Assembly (NCBI GenBank): GCA_046595185.1
Contig: JBKJPE010000224.1
Location: 8,238 to 72,237 of the forward strand
From: Nocardioides sp.
GTDB lineage: Bacteria > Actinomycetota > Actinomycetes > Propionibacteriales > Nocardioidaceae
Direction of reading: 5' to 3'
Length of the DNA: 64,000 nt
The position numbers and the translations under genes are program-made. The notes beneath the pieces are model-generated. The model had not been told where the DNA came from, searched no databases, and saw only the letters and a list, made by a program, of their open reading frames with translations. This document shows positions 55,137-64,000 of the stretch, piece after piece. The stretch's first letter is position 1. Each line of letters begins with the position of its first letter.

Positions 55137-55684
55137 TGGGGAACGTCGTGGACCTTCTCGAGCTCTCGGGGGGGCCCGAGGACCACAGCATCGCCTCGGT
55201 GTGGGTCGACTGGATCGAGAGGTCGCTGACCGTGGAGCCCCAGGAGTGGGTGGACTCGGTCCGAGCCGCTCCCGGCCTCGACGACGGTCAGTCCTGGCGC
55301 CTGCTCGGGTTCGTCGACCTCGCGAGCTCGCTGGTGGCACGGGAGGGCCGCCGCGAGCTGGCGGAGCGAGCCGCGTTCGCGCTGGCGCTCCTCGAGGCCA
55401 GCCCGCTCGACCCCCGCGATGTCATCGTGACAGCAGACCTGCTGCCACGCGCCTGCGAGATCGCTCGCCTGGACTTCGCGGCGGTGGCGAGATCCGGCTG
55501 TGCGCCGGCGGGTGAGCTCGGCAGGCGTTGCCTGCAGTGGCTGCTGCAGCGCACGCCACGTACGCCCCCGGCGTTGTACGAGGAGGTCGGCGAGGGCCAC
55601 ACCTTCCGCTTCGAGCGGGCGCCGTCGGACTTCGACGCGGACGACCTGCTGGCGCGGCTGGAGAAGCACCGCAAGGACCGCTGA
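55136..55684 (+). CDS. Putative immunity protein
   Basis: TGATG stop/start overlap with the RHS gene; 182 aa, soluble, no recognised family. Confidence 0.7.
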   Translation: MGNVVDLLELSGGPEDHSIASVWVDWIERSLTVEPQEWVDSVRAAPGLDDGQSWRLLGFVDLASSLVAREGRRELAERAAFALALLEASPLDPRDVIVTADLLPRACEIARLDFAAVARSGCAPAGELGRRCLQWLLQRTPRTPPALYEEVGEGHTFRFERAPSDFDADDLLARLEKHRKDR

Positions 55685-55745
55685 CGATGACGGGTCCAGC
55701 AGCCCCAGGGGCGCCGCCCGCGGCCCCGCAGCCTGTCGGCGCGGC

Positions 55746-57755
55746 TCACGCCCCGCGGGGGACGATGCTGAAGGTGTTGCTCGGCGTCTCCGGGAGGTTG
55801 CCGACCTCGACGTCGATCGTGCACTCCTCGGCGAAGGCCAGCGCAGTCACGACGAACCCGTTCACGGTCACGGCCGTGGGGCAGCTGGAGGACAGGGACA
55901 CCCCGTCGGTGCCGCCGGCGACGGCGGTCAGCACGGAGGTCGGTTCCCCGATCGAGCCCGTGCGGAACATCTCGACGCTGCCGTCGCCCCCGGGCCACTG
56001 AGGGAACACCCGCACCGGCACCACCTGCCCCGTCGGGCCGATGGGGGGGACGTCCACCACGACACCCAGGAGCCGCTGGACCGGGTAGGAGTCCTCCGTC
56101 GGGGCGATGTCGGGGTCGGTCAGCGCGGTGCTGGTGGCCTCGTCGACACCGGCGAGCCACTCCTGGAGCGGGGCGGTGGCGTCGCCGGACGCGTCGACCT
56201 CGAGCGGGAGCGTGAAGGAGGCCCGAACCACGGCGTTCTCACCGGGCTGGATGGTGCCGAGGTCCAGGCTCAGGGCGCAGGCCTCGTCGATGCTGGTGAT
56301 CGAGGGGACGTTCGGCTCCGGCGTCTGCCCGTCCCACTCGAGGTCGGTGGGGCACTCGCCGTCCGGGTTGGCCAGGACCTCCAGGATCGGGCCGGTGAGG
56401 GGGGCGCGGTCGGCGGAGTAGGTCAGGGTGAGGTCGACCCGACTGGTCGTGGGGTCCCAGGTGGCGGCGCGGTCCAGGTCGAGCCCGGAGGATGCCTGGA
56501 GCTGGCTCGGCAGCTGGGCGTCGGCCTCGGCGGCCGCGGCCGGCACGACCGGGTCCACCGGGGCGTCCTCCTCCGGAGCGTCGCCGCCGCGCACCGTGAC
56601 GAACAGGATCGCGCCGGCCAGCAGCAGCAGCGCCCCGGTCACGACCGCGATCAGCCTCGGGTCCTTCCACCCCGGCACCGGGGCGCGACGGGCGGGGGCG
56701 GTGGTCCCTTCGTCCTCCTCCTCGACCACGACGCGGCGTCGCATCGGGCGGACGACGGTCTTTCGGCCCGGCGCGCCGAGGTCGACGGGCGCCTCGTCCG
56801 CGGCCCTGTCACCGCCCGCGTAGGTCGGGGCCTCGGGGACCAGCCCACGGACGACCGTCGACGGTCCGCGGGCCGTGTCGAAGTCCTCCGGTCCCGGCTG
56901 CGGGGCGAGGGCGGGCGCGGTGATGACGGCCGCGCGGACCCCCCGCAGCGCGGTGGCGGCCGCGGAGGCGGACGGCCGCCTGCCCGGGTCCTTCTCCAGC
57001 AGCGCGTCCAGCTGGGCGGCCAGCGGGGCGGGCACGTCCAGCGGCGGCGGCTCGGCGGTGACGTGGCGGTGGGCGATCGTGTACTCGTTGCCGGGTCCGG
57101 CGAAGGGGGTCCGCCCAGCCAACAGCTCGTAGAGCATGATCCCGACGCCGTAGACGTCGGCGGGCGACTCGGCCGTCCCGCGGGTCAGCAGCTCGGGGGA
57201 CATGTACTCCGGCGTGCCGAGCGGGCCGGTCGCGGTGCGCTGGCGGTCGGTGATGATCCGGGCGATGCCGAAGTCGACCAGCTTCACCGAGCCGGTCCCG
57301 CCGGCCTCCCAGTCGCGGGAGAGCAGCACGTTGTCGGGCTTGACGTCACGGTGGACCACGTCGCGCTGGTGGGCGCTGGCCAACCCCTCCAGGACGGTGG
57401 CGGCCACGTCGACGGCCTCGGCCGGGGTCAGGGTGCCTCGGGTGCGCAGGACGTCGCGCAGGGAGCCGCCGTCGACGTACTCCATGACGATCGCCAGCCG
57501 CTCGCCCTCGACCACCAGGTCGCGCACCGCGACGATGGCGGGGTGGCGCAGCGTGGTGAGCACGGCGCGTTCCTGGACGAAGCGACCGACCAGGTCACGG
57601 TCGGCGAGGTGCTCGCGACGCAGCAGCTTGGTGGCCACCATCTCGTCGGTGCGTTTGTCGACGGCCCGCCACACCTCGCCGCTGGCACCCTCGCCGAGAC
57701 GGTCGACCAGCCGGTAGGACGCGCCCAGGGCGTCGTCGAAGCCCACTGGCTGCAC
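55746..57755 (-). CDS. Membrane Hanks-type Ser/Thr kinase with extracellular domain
   Basis: GEGASG, VATK, HRDVKPDN, DFG, GTPEYMSPE; one TM; beta-rich ectodomain with four Cys; RBS GGAGGGG before GTG 57755. Confidence 0.93.
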   Translation of the reverse strand: MQPVGFDDALGASYRLVDRLGEGASGEVWRAVDKRTDEMVATKLLRREHLADRDLVGRFVQERAVLTTLRHPAIVAVRDLVVEGERLAIVMEYVDGGSLRDVLRTRGTLTPAEAVDVAATVLEGLASAHQRDVVHRDVKPDNVLLSRDWEAGGTGSVKLVDFGIARIITDRQRTATGPLGTPEYMSPELLTRGTAESPADVYGVGIMLYELLAGRTPFAGPGNEYTIAHRHVTAEPPPLDVPAPLAAQLDALLEKDPGRRPSASAAATALRGVRAAVITAPALAPQPGPEDFDTARGPSTVVRGLVPEAPTYAGGDRAADEAPVDLGAPGRKTVVRPMRRRVVVEEEDEGTTAPARRAPVPGWKDPRLIAVVTGALLLLAGAILFVTVRGGDAPEEDAPVDPVVPAAAAEADAQLPSQLQASSGLDLDRAATWDPTTSRVDLTLTYSADRAPLTGPILEVLANPDGECPTDLEWDGQTPEPNVPSITSIDEACALSLDLGTIQPGENAVVRASFTLPLEVDASGDATAPLQEWLAGVDEATSTALTDPDIAPTEDSYPVQRLLGVVVDVPPIGPTGQVVPVRVFPQWPGGDGSVEMFRTGSIGEPTSVLTAVAGGTDGVSLSSSCPTAVTVNGFVVTALAFAEECTIDVEVGNLPETPSNTFSIVPRGA

Positions 57756-57923
57756 GTCCCCTCCCGTCCGGTCCGATCGCGTCGACGGCGAGCGTAACCG
57801 AGCCGCTGGGAGGCGATCGGCCGAACGCCGCAACCCCCGACTGTCCAGAGCACTGGAACACGTCACGTCTCGGGGCCTGGACCACACCGGCTGGCGAGCA
57901 GGCCCCGCGGGCATCATCACCGA

Positions 57924-57983
57924 GTCCGTACGAGCTCAGCACCCCATCGAGCCGTCCCTCGGGGTCGGCGAAAGGCAGGCACC
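57924..57983 (+). repeat. Leader/RBS repeat, copy 2 (no WXG gene follows)
   Basis: Matches 49211-49262; identity stops where the WXG start codon would be. Confidence 0.85.
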
Positions 57984-57994
57984 CCAGCAGAGCG

Positions 57995-58270
57995 ATGCCA
58001 CACCACGAGGACCTGACCCTGATCGCGACCGAGGGAGGGGACGGTGCCGCCGAGGCGACGGCGGTCGGGTGGCTCGACGCCGAGCACGGGATCCCCGTGG
58101 GAGAGGTCGCTGATGAGGTGCCTGTGCTCCTACGTGGCCGACCTCCCATCGCCGCAGGACCCGGGGGACTGGTGCTCGATCGATCTCCTCCGCCGGGCTG
58201 TGGACGGGCCGGCGTCCTGGGACGGGCTGGTGCTGCCCGACGGCGGAGGTCGGGCTCCCCACGAGACTCT
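57995..58270 (+). pseudogene. Possible degenerate small gene
   Basis: MPHHEDLT...AVGWLDAEHGIPVGEV looks protein-like, then degrades; atypical codon usage. Confidence 0.35.
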
Positions 58271-58314
58271 CAGGGCGCGCCGCCGCCCCGCCTCGGGTGC
58301 CGCATCATGACGCC

Positions 58315-58560
58315 ATGGACGCCCCCGAGCCCCGTCCGCACCTGCGGGCCCCGACCTTCCCGAGCACCGCCTACCTCGCCGTCTCCGGCGTGGTCGCCGT
58401 GACCGGGCTGGGGCTGGCGTTCGCCGCGATCGTGCCGTCGATCGTCGGGGTCGTGTCGATGCTGCCGCTGCTCGTCGGCCTCCAGCAGATCGGCGTCCGC
58501 AAGCGGGTGGAGCGGCTGGGACGAGGTCGCGGGAGCGGGAATCGACCCGGACCTGGTTGA
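58315..58560 (+). CDS. Small two-TM protein
   Basis: Hydrophobic hairpin, basic tail, normal codon bias. Confidence 0.6.
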   Translation: MDAPEPRPHLRAPTFPSTAYLAVSGVVAVTGLGLAFAAIVPSIVGVVSMLPLLVGLQQIGVRKRVERLGRGRGSGNRPGPG

Positions 58561-58719
58561 AGCCTCAATGAGGCGGTGACCTGCGGTGATGCACCGGTCT
58601 AGCCGACCGATCGCACCCGCGTCGTCCGGCTAGGGGTCTCTCGTCCCAAGCCTTATGCTGGCGGCCGCCGGGCGCGTCATGGGGTGTCCAGCGTCCGCGA
58701 AACTGCTAGGTGAGGTCAC

Positions 58720-61461
58720 ATGCTGGAGTCTCGTCCGTCCGCGCGCCTGGTCACCCTCCGCGCCCGCAAGCCGCTCGCGGGCCTCGTCGCCGTCGTGACG
58801 GTCGCCTCGCTCGGCTCCGGCTCCACGACCGGCCTGGTCACGGTGGCCGACTCCGAGCTGCCCGTCTCCCCGGGCGACCGCGTGCTGCAGTCGGTCGAGG
58901 TGGCGATGGCTCCTGACGGCACGCTGACCGCGGTCGAGGGCACCACCGTGACCGCCGCGGCCGATGGCGAGAGCGCCGACAGCACCACCCAGGCGTACTC
59001 CCCCGACGACGTGGTCGGCGACCTCCCCGTCCGGGTACTCACCTCCTACTACACGGCGGACGGCTGGGGAACGGACCTGTCCGACCTCGAGGGCTACGAC
59101 GGCACGGTCCAGATCGACCTCACGGTCCAGAACCTCACCGTCCAGGCCGAGGAGCTGTCCTACGACGTCGCCGGCGCCTCCCGCACCCGCCCGGCTCTGG
59201 TCGGCGCGCCGCTGACCATCGTGGCCGCGGCCGACCTCGGCGCCACCGACCCGTCGACCGTGGTGACCCAGCGCGCGGGCGAGGACACCGTGACCAACGG
59301 CGTGCTCAGCCAGGGCCCGGACGGCGCCACGCAGGTGCAGTGGGCGACCATCCTGGCCCCGCCGCAGCTGAGCTCGAGCGCGACCCTGAGCCTGGTCGTC
59401 GACGCGAAGGACTTCAGCACCCCCGCCTTCGACCTGAGCGTCCAGCCCGGGCTGGTCACCGACCCGTCGGTCGGCGCGCTGGTCGAGAACGCCTTCAACC
59501 CCGCGGCCTCCGAGGAGCTCGCCCTCCAGGCGCGCACCGTCGAGGTCGTCGGCGAGGTCAACGAGGTGCTGGCCCTGGCCGGCGACTCGATCACCGAGGT
59601 GCGCACCAGCCTGAGCTCCACCACCGCCACCCTGGGCGAGAAGACCGTCGGCGACCTGGAGACCAGCATCACCGGGATCGCCTCCTCGATGGAGGCCCTG
59701 GACGGTACCGTCACCGGGCTCGGCGACGGCATCTCCTCCGCCCTGGAGTCCACCGGCTCCTCCTCCCTCGCCCAGCTGCAGAGCACCGTGGCCTCGGTCG
59801 ACTCCCTGCTCGGCGACACCGGCGGCAGGCCGGGCACGGCCCAGGTCGTCGGCGACGGCTGCGAGACCACGGTCCCCACCGGCACCGGCACCAGCGCCGG
59901 CAGCGTCTACGACAGCCTGCTGCGCGTCGCCGGGACCCTGAACGGCTACGCCAGCGCCAGCGACGCCTGCAAGGCCTCGCTACGGAGCTCCATCGCGTCC
60001 AGCATCGGTCCGGCGGAGACCGACGACTGCACGCCCGCCACGGCTGCCTCCGTCACCTGCTCGCTCTCCCGGACCCGCGAGGACCTGCCGGCCCAGATCG
60101 CGAAGTCGTTGGAGGAGTCCAAGGAGCTGGCGCTCGGCACCATCGAGGACACCGGCGTGGCGTCGGTGATCATCGCGATGAACGACGTCAACGCCGTCCT
60201 CGACGGGGTCGACGTCGACAACCCCGGTCTCCTCGCGGCACTGCGTGACCTCCGGGCCAGGAACGCGGAGCAGGGGGAGCTCGGTGCGGTGCAGCGTGAG
60301 CTCACCAGGCTGGCCGGCCGTGACGGGAAGATCAGGAAAGACCTCCAAGCCGTCGCAGACGGTGTCGCCACCGGCGCGGCGGCCACGTTCGACCAGCTCG
60401 ACGTCATCGAGGCGCGCGACCGCGGGGTCTACACGGTCCTCTGCACCATCGCCAACAACGACGAGGAGCCGGTCGCCGCCGGGCAGGCCGGGCCGGCCGC
60501 CGCGCTGATCTCGGGTGAAGCGTGCCCGACGCAACCTCCCTACGAGCTGCCCACCTCGCCCCAGGTGGACGACGCGCGCGACGCCCTGACCGTGTTCGTG
60601 GAAGGCACCGAGGGCAGTCTCCGGTCGGCGCTCACCGATCTCGACGAGCAGTACACGACGACCCTGGACGCCCTGAAGGAAGCTCAGGGCGAGAACGGGT
60701 CCACGAAGGGCCAGCTACGAGAGTTCTTCCAGCAGATCGACCAGCTCGACACCGAGAGGCTCGAGGTGAAGACAGCCGTCGACGCACTGGACGGCAAGCA
60801 GGTCGAGGCGAGGACAGCGATCACCACCGCGTTCGGGAAAGCGGAGACGAAGGCCGGGAAGGCTGTCCGCGAGGGCACCCAGACCTCCATCGACGAGGTA
60901 ACCGAGCGGGCGGCCGAGGCACGCGAGGCAGTCAGCGATGCGTTCACCCGCTCGAAGGCCGGCATGCGCGCCGCCGCCGCCGGGATCGCGGCCGACGGCC
61001 GCGCGGCCATCGACGAGCAGAAGGCCGGCCTGGCCAGGACCGAGCGGGCCGCGGCCTCCGAGATCGAGTCCAACGTCCGTGCGGGCCTCGACGTCATCGC
61101 CGACACCGTCTCGGCGTCGACCCGCGACACCAGCGCCGCCGGCCGGCTGCTGACCGCCGACCTGACCAAGGTGCTGCTCGACCTGGGCGACCCCCAGGTC
61201 GACGGTTCCGGACTGCTCGGCACCCTCGGCGCCAACGTCGGCGAGGCCCGGGCTGCGGACTACCAGCTCGCGCTGGCCACCCGTACGGCGTCCTCCTACG
61301 CCAACGCGCGGGGCCAGGACATCGGCGGACTGATGCTGCGCCAGGCCCAGGCGGAGGCGGCCTTCACGCGTCAGGCGCAGCTGGCGGCCTTCCAGGTCGA
61401 CGTGCCCGACGGCGTCGAGCGCCGCACCGTCTACGCGTTCCACCTGGCCGCCGGACAGTGA
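58720..61461 (+). CDS. Large exported coiled-coil protein, EsaA/YhgE-Pip-like
   Basis: N-terminal signal/TM; beta domain LPVRV...DLEGYDGTVQIDLTVQN; long heptad-rich region; no C-terminal TM bundle. Confidence 0.6.
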   Translation: MLESRPSARLVTLRARKPLAGLVAVVTVASLGSGSTTGLVTVADSELPVSPGDRVLQSVEVAMAPDGTLTAVEGTTVTAAADGESADSTTQAYSPDDVVGDLPVRVLTSYYTADGWGTDLSDLEGYDGTVQIDLTVQNLTVQAEELSYDVAGASRTRPALVGAPLTIVAAADLGATDPSTVVTQRAGEDTVTNGVLSQGPDGATQVQWATILAPPQLSSSATLSLVVDAKDFSTPAFDLSVQPGLVTDPSVGALVENAFNPAASEELALQARTVEVVGEVNEVLALAGDSITEVRTSLSSTTATLGEKTVGDLETSITGIASSMEALDGTVTGLGDGISSALESTGSSSLAQLQSTVASVDSLLGDTGGRPGTAQVVGDGCETTVPTGTGTSAGSVYDSLLRVAGTLNGYASASDACKASLRSSIASSIGPAETDDCTPATAASVTCSLSRTREDLPAQIAKSLEESKELALGTIEDTGVASVIIAMNDVNAVLDGVDVDNPGLLAALRDLRARNAEQGELGAVQRELTRLAGRDGKIRKDLQAVADGVATGAAATFDQLDVIEARDRGVYTVLCTIANNDEEPVAAGQAGPAAALISGEACPTQPPYELPTSPQVDDARDALTVFVEGTEGSLRSALTDLDEQYTTTLDALKEAQGENGSTKGQLREFFQQIDQLDTERLEVKTAVDALDGKQVEARTAITTAFGKAETKAGKAVREGTQTSIDEVTERAAEAREAVSDAFTRSKAGMRAAAAGIAADGRAAIDEQKAGLARTERAAASEIESNVRAGLDVIADTVSASTRDTSAAGRLLTADLTKVLLDLGDPQVDGSGLLGTLGANVGEARAADYQLALATRTASSYANARGQDIGGLMLRQAQAEAAFTRQAQLAAFQVDVPDGVERRTVYAFHLAAGQ

Positions 61462-62771
61462 GGGTGCGGTCGTCGCGTCGGTGGGCAGCCCTGCCCGCAG
61501 CAGCGCTGCTCGTCCTGGCCGCCGCCTCGTGCTCGGGCGACGAGCCGGAGGAGGACGCGGCGGTCGAGGCGACCGCCACCCCGGCCTCGCCGGCCACCGT
61601 GCCCCTGGTGGCCGAGGGTCTGCCGGACGGCGTCACGGTCGGTGTGATCGTCAGCCTGGCCTCCGCGGGTGACTCCGGCTCGCAGTGGAGCGAGGCGGCG
61701 CAGGGCGCCGAGGTCGCGGCCTACCGGTTCGGTCTGGGCGGCACGGCTGTCGACGTCGTCGCCGCCGACGACGGCGGCACCGCCGACGGGGCCGCCACGG
61801 CCGTGCAGGACCTCGCCGACCAGGGCGTCGTCGGCATCGTGGTCGCCTCCTCGGGGCCCCACGTCGCCGGCGCGGTCAGGGCCGCGGCCGACACCGGGGT
61901 CCCGGTGCTGCTGCCCTACGCCCCCGCCCCGCCGCTGCCCGACGGGGCGCCGGTCTGGCTGACCGGGCCGGACCAGCCGACCATCGCCGACGTCCTGACC
62001 CGCGCCATCGGCTCCGCCGGTGTCTCCAAGCCCGTGCTGGTCGACGCCGGCGGCGGAGGGCTCCCCACGCTGACCCCGGCCGTGGAGCGCGCCCTGGCCG
62101 TGTCCGCCCCCGAGACCGCGGCGTCACGGCTCGCCGCCGAGATCGGCCGGCTGGCCGGCGACGCCGAGGTCGACTCCGTCGTGGTCACCGGTCCTGCCGC
62201 CCGGCAGGCCGTGCTGGTCCGGGCGCTCCAGGGGGCTGCGGTGACGCTTCCGGTGTTCCTCACCCCGGACGCGCTGAGCCCCGTGCTGGCCACCGACCTC
62301 GCCGGGGCCGACGGCAGCCTGTCCTCCGAGATGGTCACCGTGGGCGAGGAGTCCGGCGACGTCGCGGCGCTGGCGCCGGGTGCCACCGGCGAGGCGCTGT
62401 CGGCCTACTTCGCGGCCGTCCGCGCGGCGGGCGCCGACCCCGCGGTCGAGGACTTCTTCGACGGCGAGGCGTTCACCACCGTCGCCGGGAGCGCCGACAC
62501 CCGCAGCCACGACGCCGTCGTCGCGCTGGCCCGCGCCGCGGCCTCGGCCGGCAGTGCCGATCCGGCTGCCGTGGCCGACGCCCTCGGCGGGCTCGCGCTG
62601 GACCGCTCCGACGGCCTGACCGGCGCCGGGCTCGACTTCACCGGGCAGCGCGCGCAGGCCCCCGACCAGGTGGTCGCGCTCCAGTCCACCGCCCAGGACC
62701 CCGGCGTGCGCCCGGTGTCCGGCTCCGCCCCGGCCCCGCGCCTGTTCTGGTTCCCGGTGCCGGGCGCCTGA
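61458..62771 (+). CDS. Lipoprotein with LivJ-type substrate-binding fold
   Basis: LAAASC lipobox; VGVIVSL, ADDGGTADGA..AVQDL; GTGA overlap with upstream gene. Confidence 0.75.
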   Translation: MRVRSSRRWAALPAAALLVLAAASCSGDEPEEDAAVEATATPASPATVPLVAEGLPDGVTVGVIVSLASAGDSGSQWSEAAQGAEVAAYRFGLGGTAVDVVAADDGGTADGAATAVQDLADQGVVGIVVASSGPHVAGAVRAAADTGVPVLLPYAPAPPLPDGAPVWLTGPDQPTIADVLTRAIGSAGVSKPVLVDAGGGGLPTLTPAVERALAVSAPETAASRLAAEIGRLAGDAEVDSVVVTGPAARQAVLVRALQGAAVTLPVFLTPDALSPVLATDLAGADGSLSSEMVTVGEESGDVAALAPGATGEALSAYFAAVRAAGADPAVEDFFDGEAFTTVAGSADTRSHDAVVALARAAASAGSADPAAVADALGGLALDRSDGLTGAGLDFTGQRAQAPDQVVALQSTAQDPGVRPVSGSAPAPRLFWFPVPGA

Positions 62772-62821
62772 CCCGTCGTACGCCCGGCACCACCGGTCCC
62801 CCGACCACAAGGAGAACCCCC

Positions 62822-64000
62822 GTGCGCGTGACCATCGACGTCGACGGCAGCCCCCACGACGTGGAGCTGGCGCAGGCCGCCGCCACCGCGACCCTGGCGG
62901 ACCTCGTCGAGCAGGTCTGCGGCCAGCTGCTCGCGGCGGCCGACGAGGTGTGGGTCGACGAGCACCGGCACGCCGCCGGTGACCGCCTGCGCGACACCAC
63001 CCTGCTCGAGGGCTCCCGCATCGGGCGAGACCCGCTCCCGCGCACGGCCCCCGTCACCTCCTGGACCGCGACGGTCTCCGCCGGCCTCGACGCCGGCCGC
63101 GTCGTGCCAATCCCGCGCAACCGGGCCCTGACCATCGGTCGGGCCCCCCTGGCCGACCTCACCGTCGACTCGCCGAGCACGTCGTGGCACCACGCCGGCC
63201 TGACCCTGGAGGAGGACGGCGTACGCGTGCGCGACGTCGGCTCCACGAACGGCACCTACGTCGAGGGCGAGCGGGTCGAGACCCTGGCCGAGCTCGAGGC
63301 CGCTGCTGCCGCGGATGCCGAGGAGGCCGCCAGGGCGGAGAGGACCGGCGTGGCCGGCAAGGTCGCCGGCCTGCGTCGCAAGGACGACGACGGCGAGGAG
63401 GTGCCGCTCGTCGACGGGGTGCTGGTCACCGACGAGGCCGTGGTCCTCGTCGGCGGAGCCGCGATCACCCTGCGGCGCACCAGCGCCGAGCCGCTCGCCC
63501 CGGCGCCGGGCTCGCTGAACAACGTCACCCCGGCAGGCACCGCGCCCTTCAACCGCCCGCCCCGCCCGGGCCGCGCGCCCGCGCCGGAGGAGATCACCCC
63601 GCCGGTGAAGAAGGACGACCCGCCCCCGAGCCGCTTCCCGCTGGCCACCGTGATCGGGCCGCTGGTGCTCGCCATCGCCATGGTCTTCGTCCTGGGCAAC
63701 GCTCGCTTCGCGCTGATCGCCGGCCTCAGCCCGATCCTCGGGATCGGCACCTACTACGAGCAGAAGCGGCGTCGGGTCAAGGAGATCGAGGAGGAGGAGG
63801 TCCGCTTCGCCACCGCCCTGGAGACCTTCGCGGCCGACGTCGCCGAGGCCGCCGCCGCCGAGCGTGCCCGCCGCCGGGCCGAGCTGCCTGACCCGGCCTC
63901 CACCATCCGCCGCGCCGCGCTGCCCTCGACCCTGATGTGGCAGCGCCGCTTCACGGCCACCGACTTCCTCAAGCTCAACGCCGGTGTCGGCGACGTCGGG
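62822..64000 (+). CDS. EssC/EccC-like FtsK/SpoIIIE ATPase with ubiquitin-like and FHA domains, 5' part only
   Basis: Manual translation, open to the edge: VRVTIDVDG..ATLADLV (Ubl-like), IGR..S.HHA..DVGSTNGTYV (FHA), FNRPPR, two TM, MWQRRFTATDFLKLNAGVG; RBS AAGGAG; ATPase domains lie outside the window. Confidence 0.82.
   Translation, partial: MRVTIDVDGSPHDVELAQAAATATLADLVEQVCGQLLAAADEVWVDEHRHAAGDRLRDTTLLEGSRIGRDPLPRTAPVTSWTATVSAGLDAGRVVPIPRNRALTIGRAPLADLTVDSPSTSWHHAGLTLEEDGVRVRDVGSTNGTYVEGERVETLAELEAAAAADAEEAARAERTGVAGKVAGLRRKDDDGEEVPLVDGVLVTDEAVVLVGGAAITLRRTSAEPLAPAPGSLNNVTPAGTAPFNRPPRPGRAPAPEEITPPVKKDDPPPSRFPLATVIGPLVLAIAMVFVLGNARFALIAGLSPILGIGTYYEQKRRRVKEIEEEEVRFATALETFAADVAEAAAAERARRRAELPDPASTIRRAALPSTLMWQRRFTATDFLKLNAGVGDVG

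Overview
High-GC actinobacterial chromosome, most likely Nocardioides or a relative (inferred from gene order and composition). Bases 1-48.5k are the conserved actinobacterial core block: ponA-whiB4-paired ArsA/Get3 ATPases, scoAB, crp-nth-tlpA-NUDIX-marP, nhaA, acs-actP with a LytS/LytTR system and a second solute:sodium symporter, an Ms1-type RNA between the Fic-like and HAD genes, the ssd-tad pilus operon, DUF1998 helicase, bldG, hppA, topA, tmk and holB. From about 48.5k to the end is an accessory type VII secretion-like locus. It holds a WXG100 protein, a 1810-aa RHS toxin with an unassigned tip plus an overlapping immunity gene, and an intact membrane Ser/Thr kinase. It also holds an EsaA/Pip-like coiled-coil protein, a LivJ-fold lipoprotein and the 5' end of a ubiquitin-like/FHA/EssC-type ATPase. 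Diverged repeats of the kinase 3' end and of the WXG leader suggest the kinase/WXG unit was duplicated and then reciprocally deleted. Non-coding signals include five CRP-type boxes, a LytTR-type direct repeat, a shared tad promoter motif and a structured nhaA leader. No CRISPR array, tRNA, rRNA, integrase or transposase was seen. All family calls come from motif recognition by eye, not database searches.
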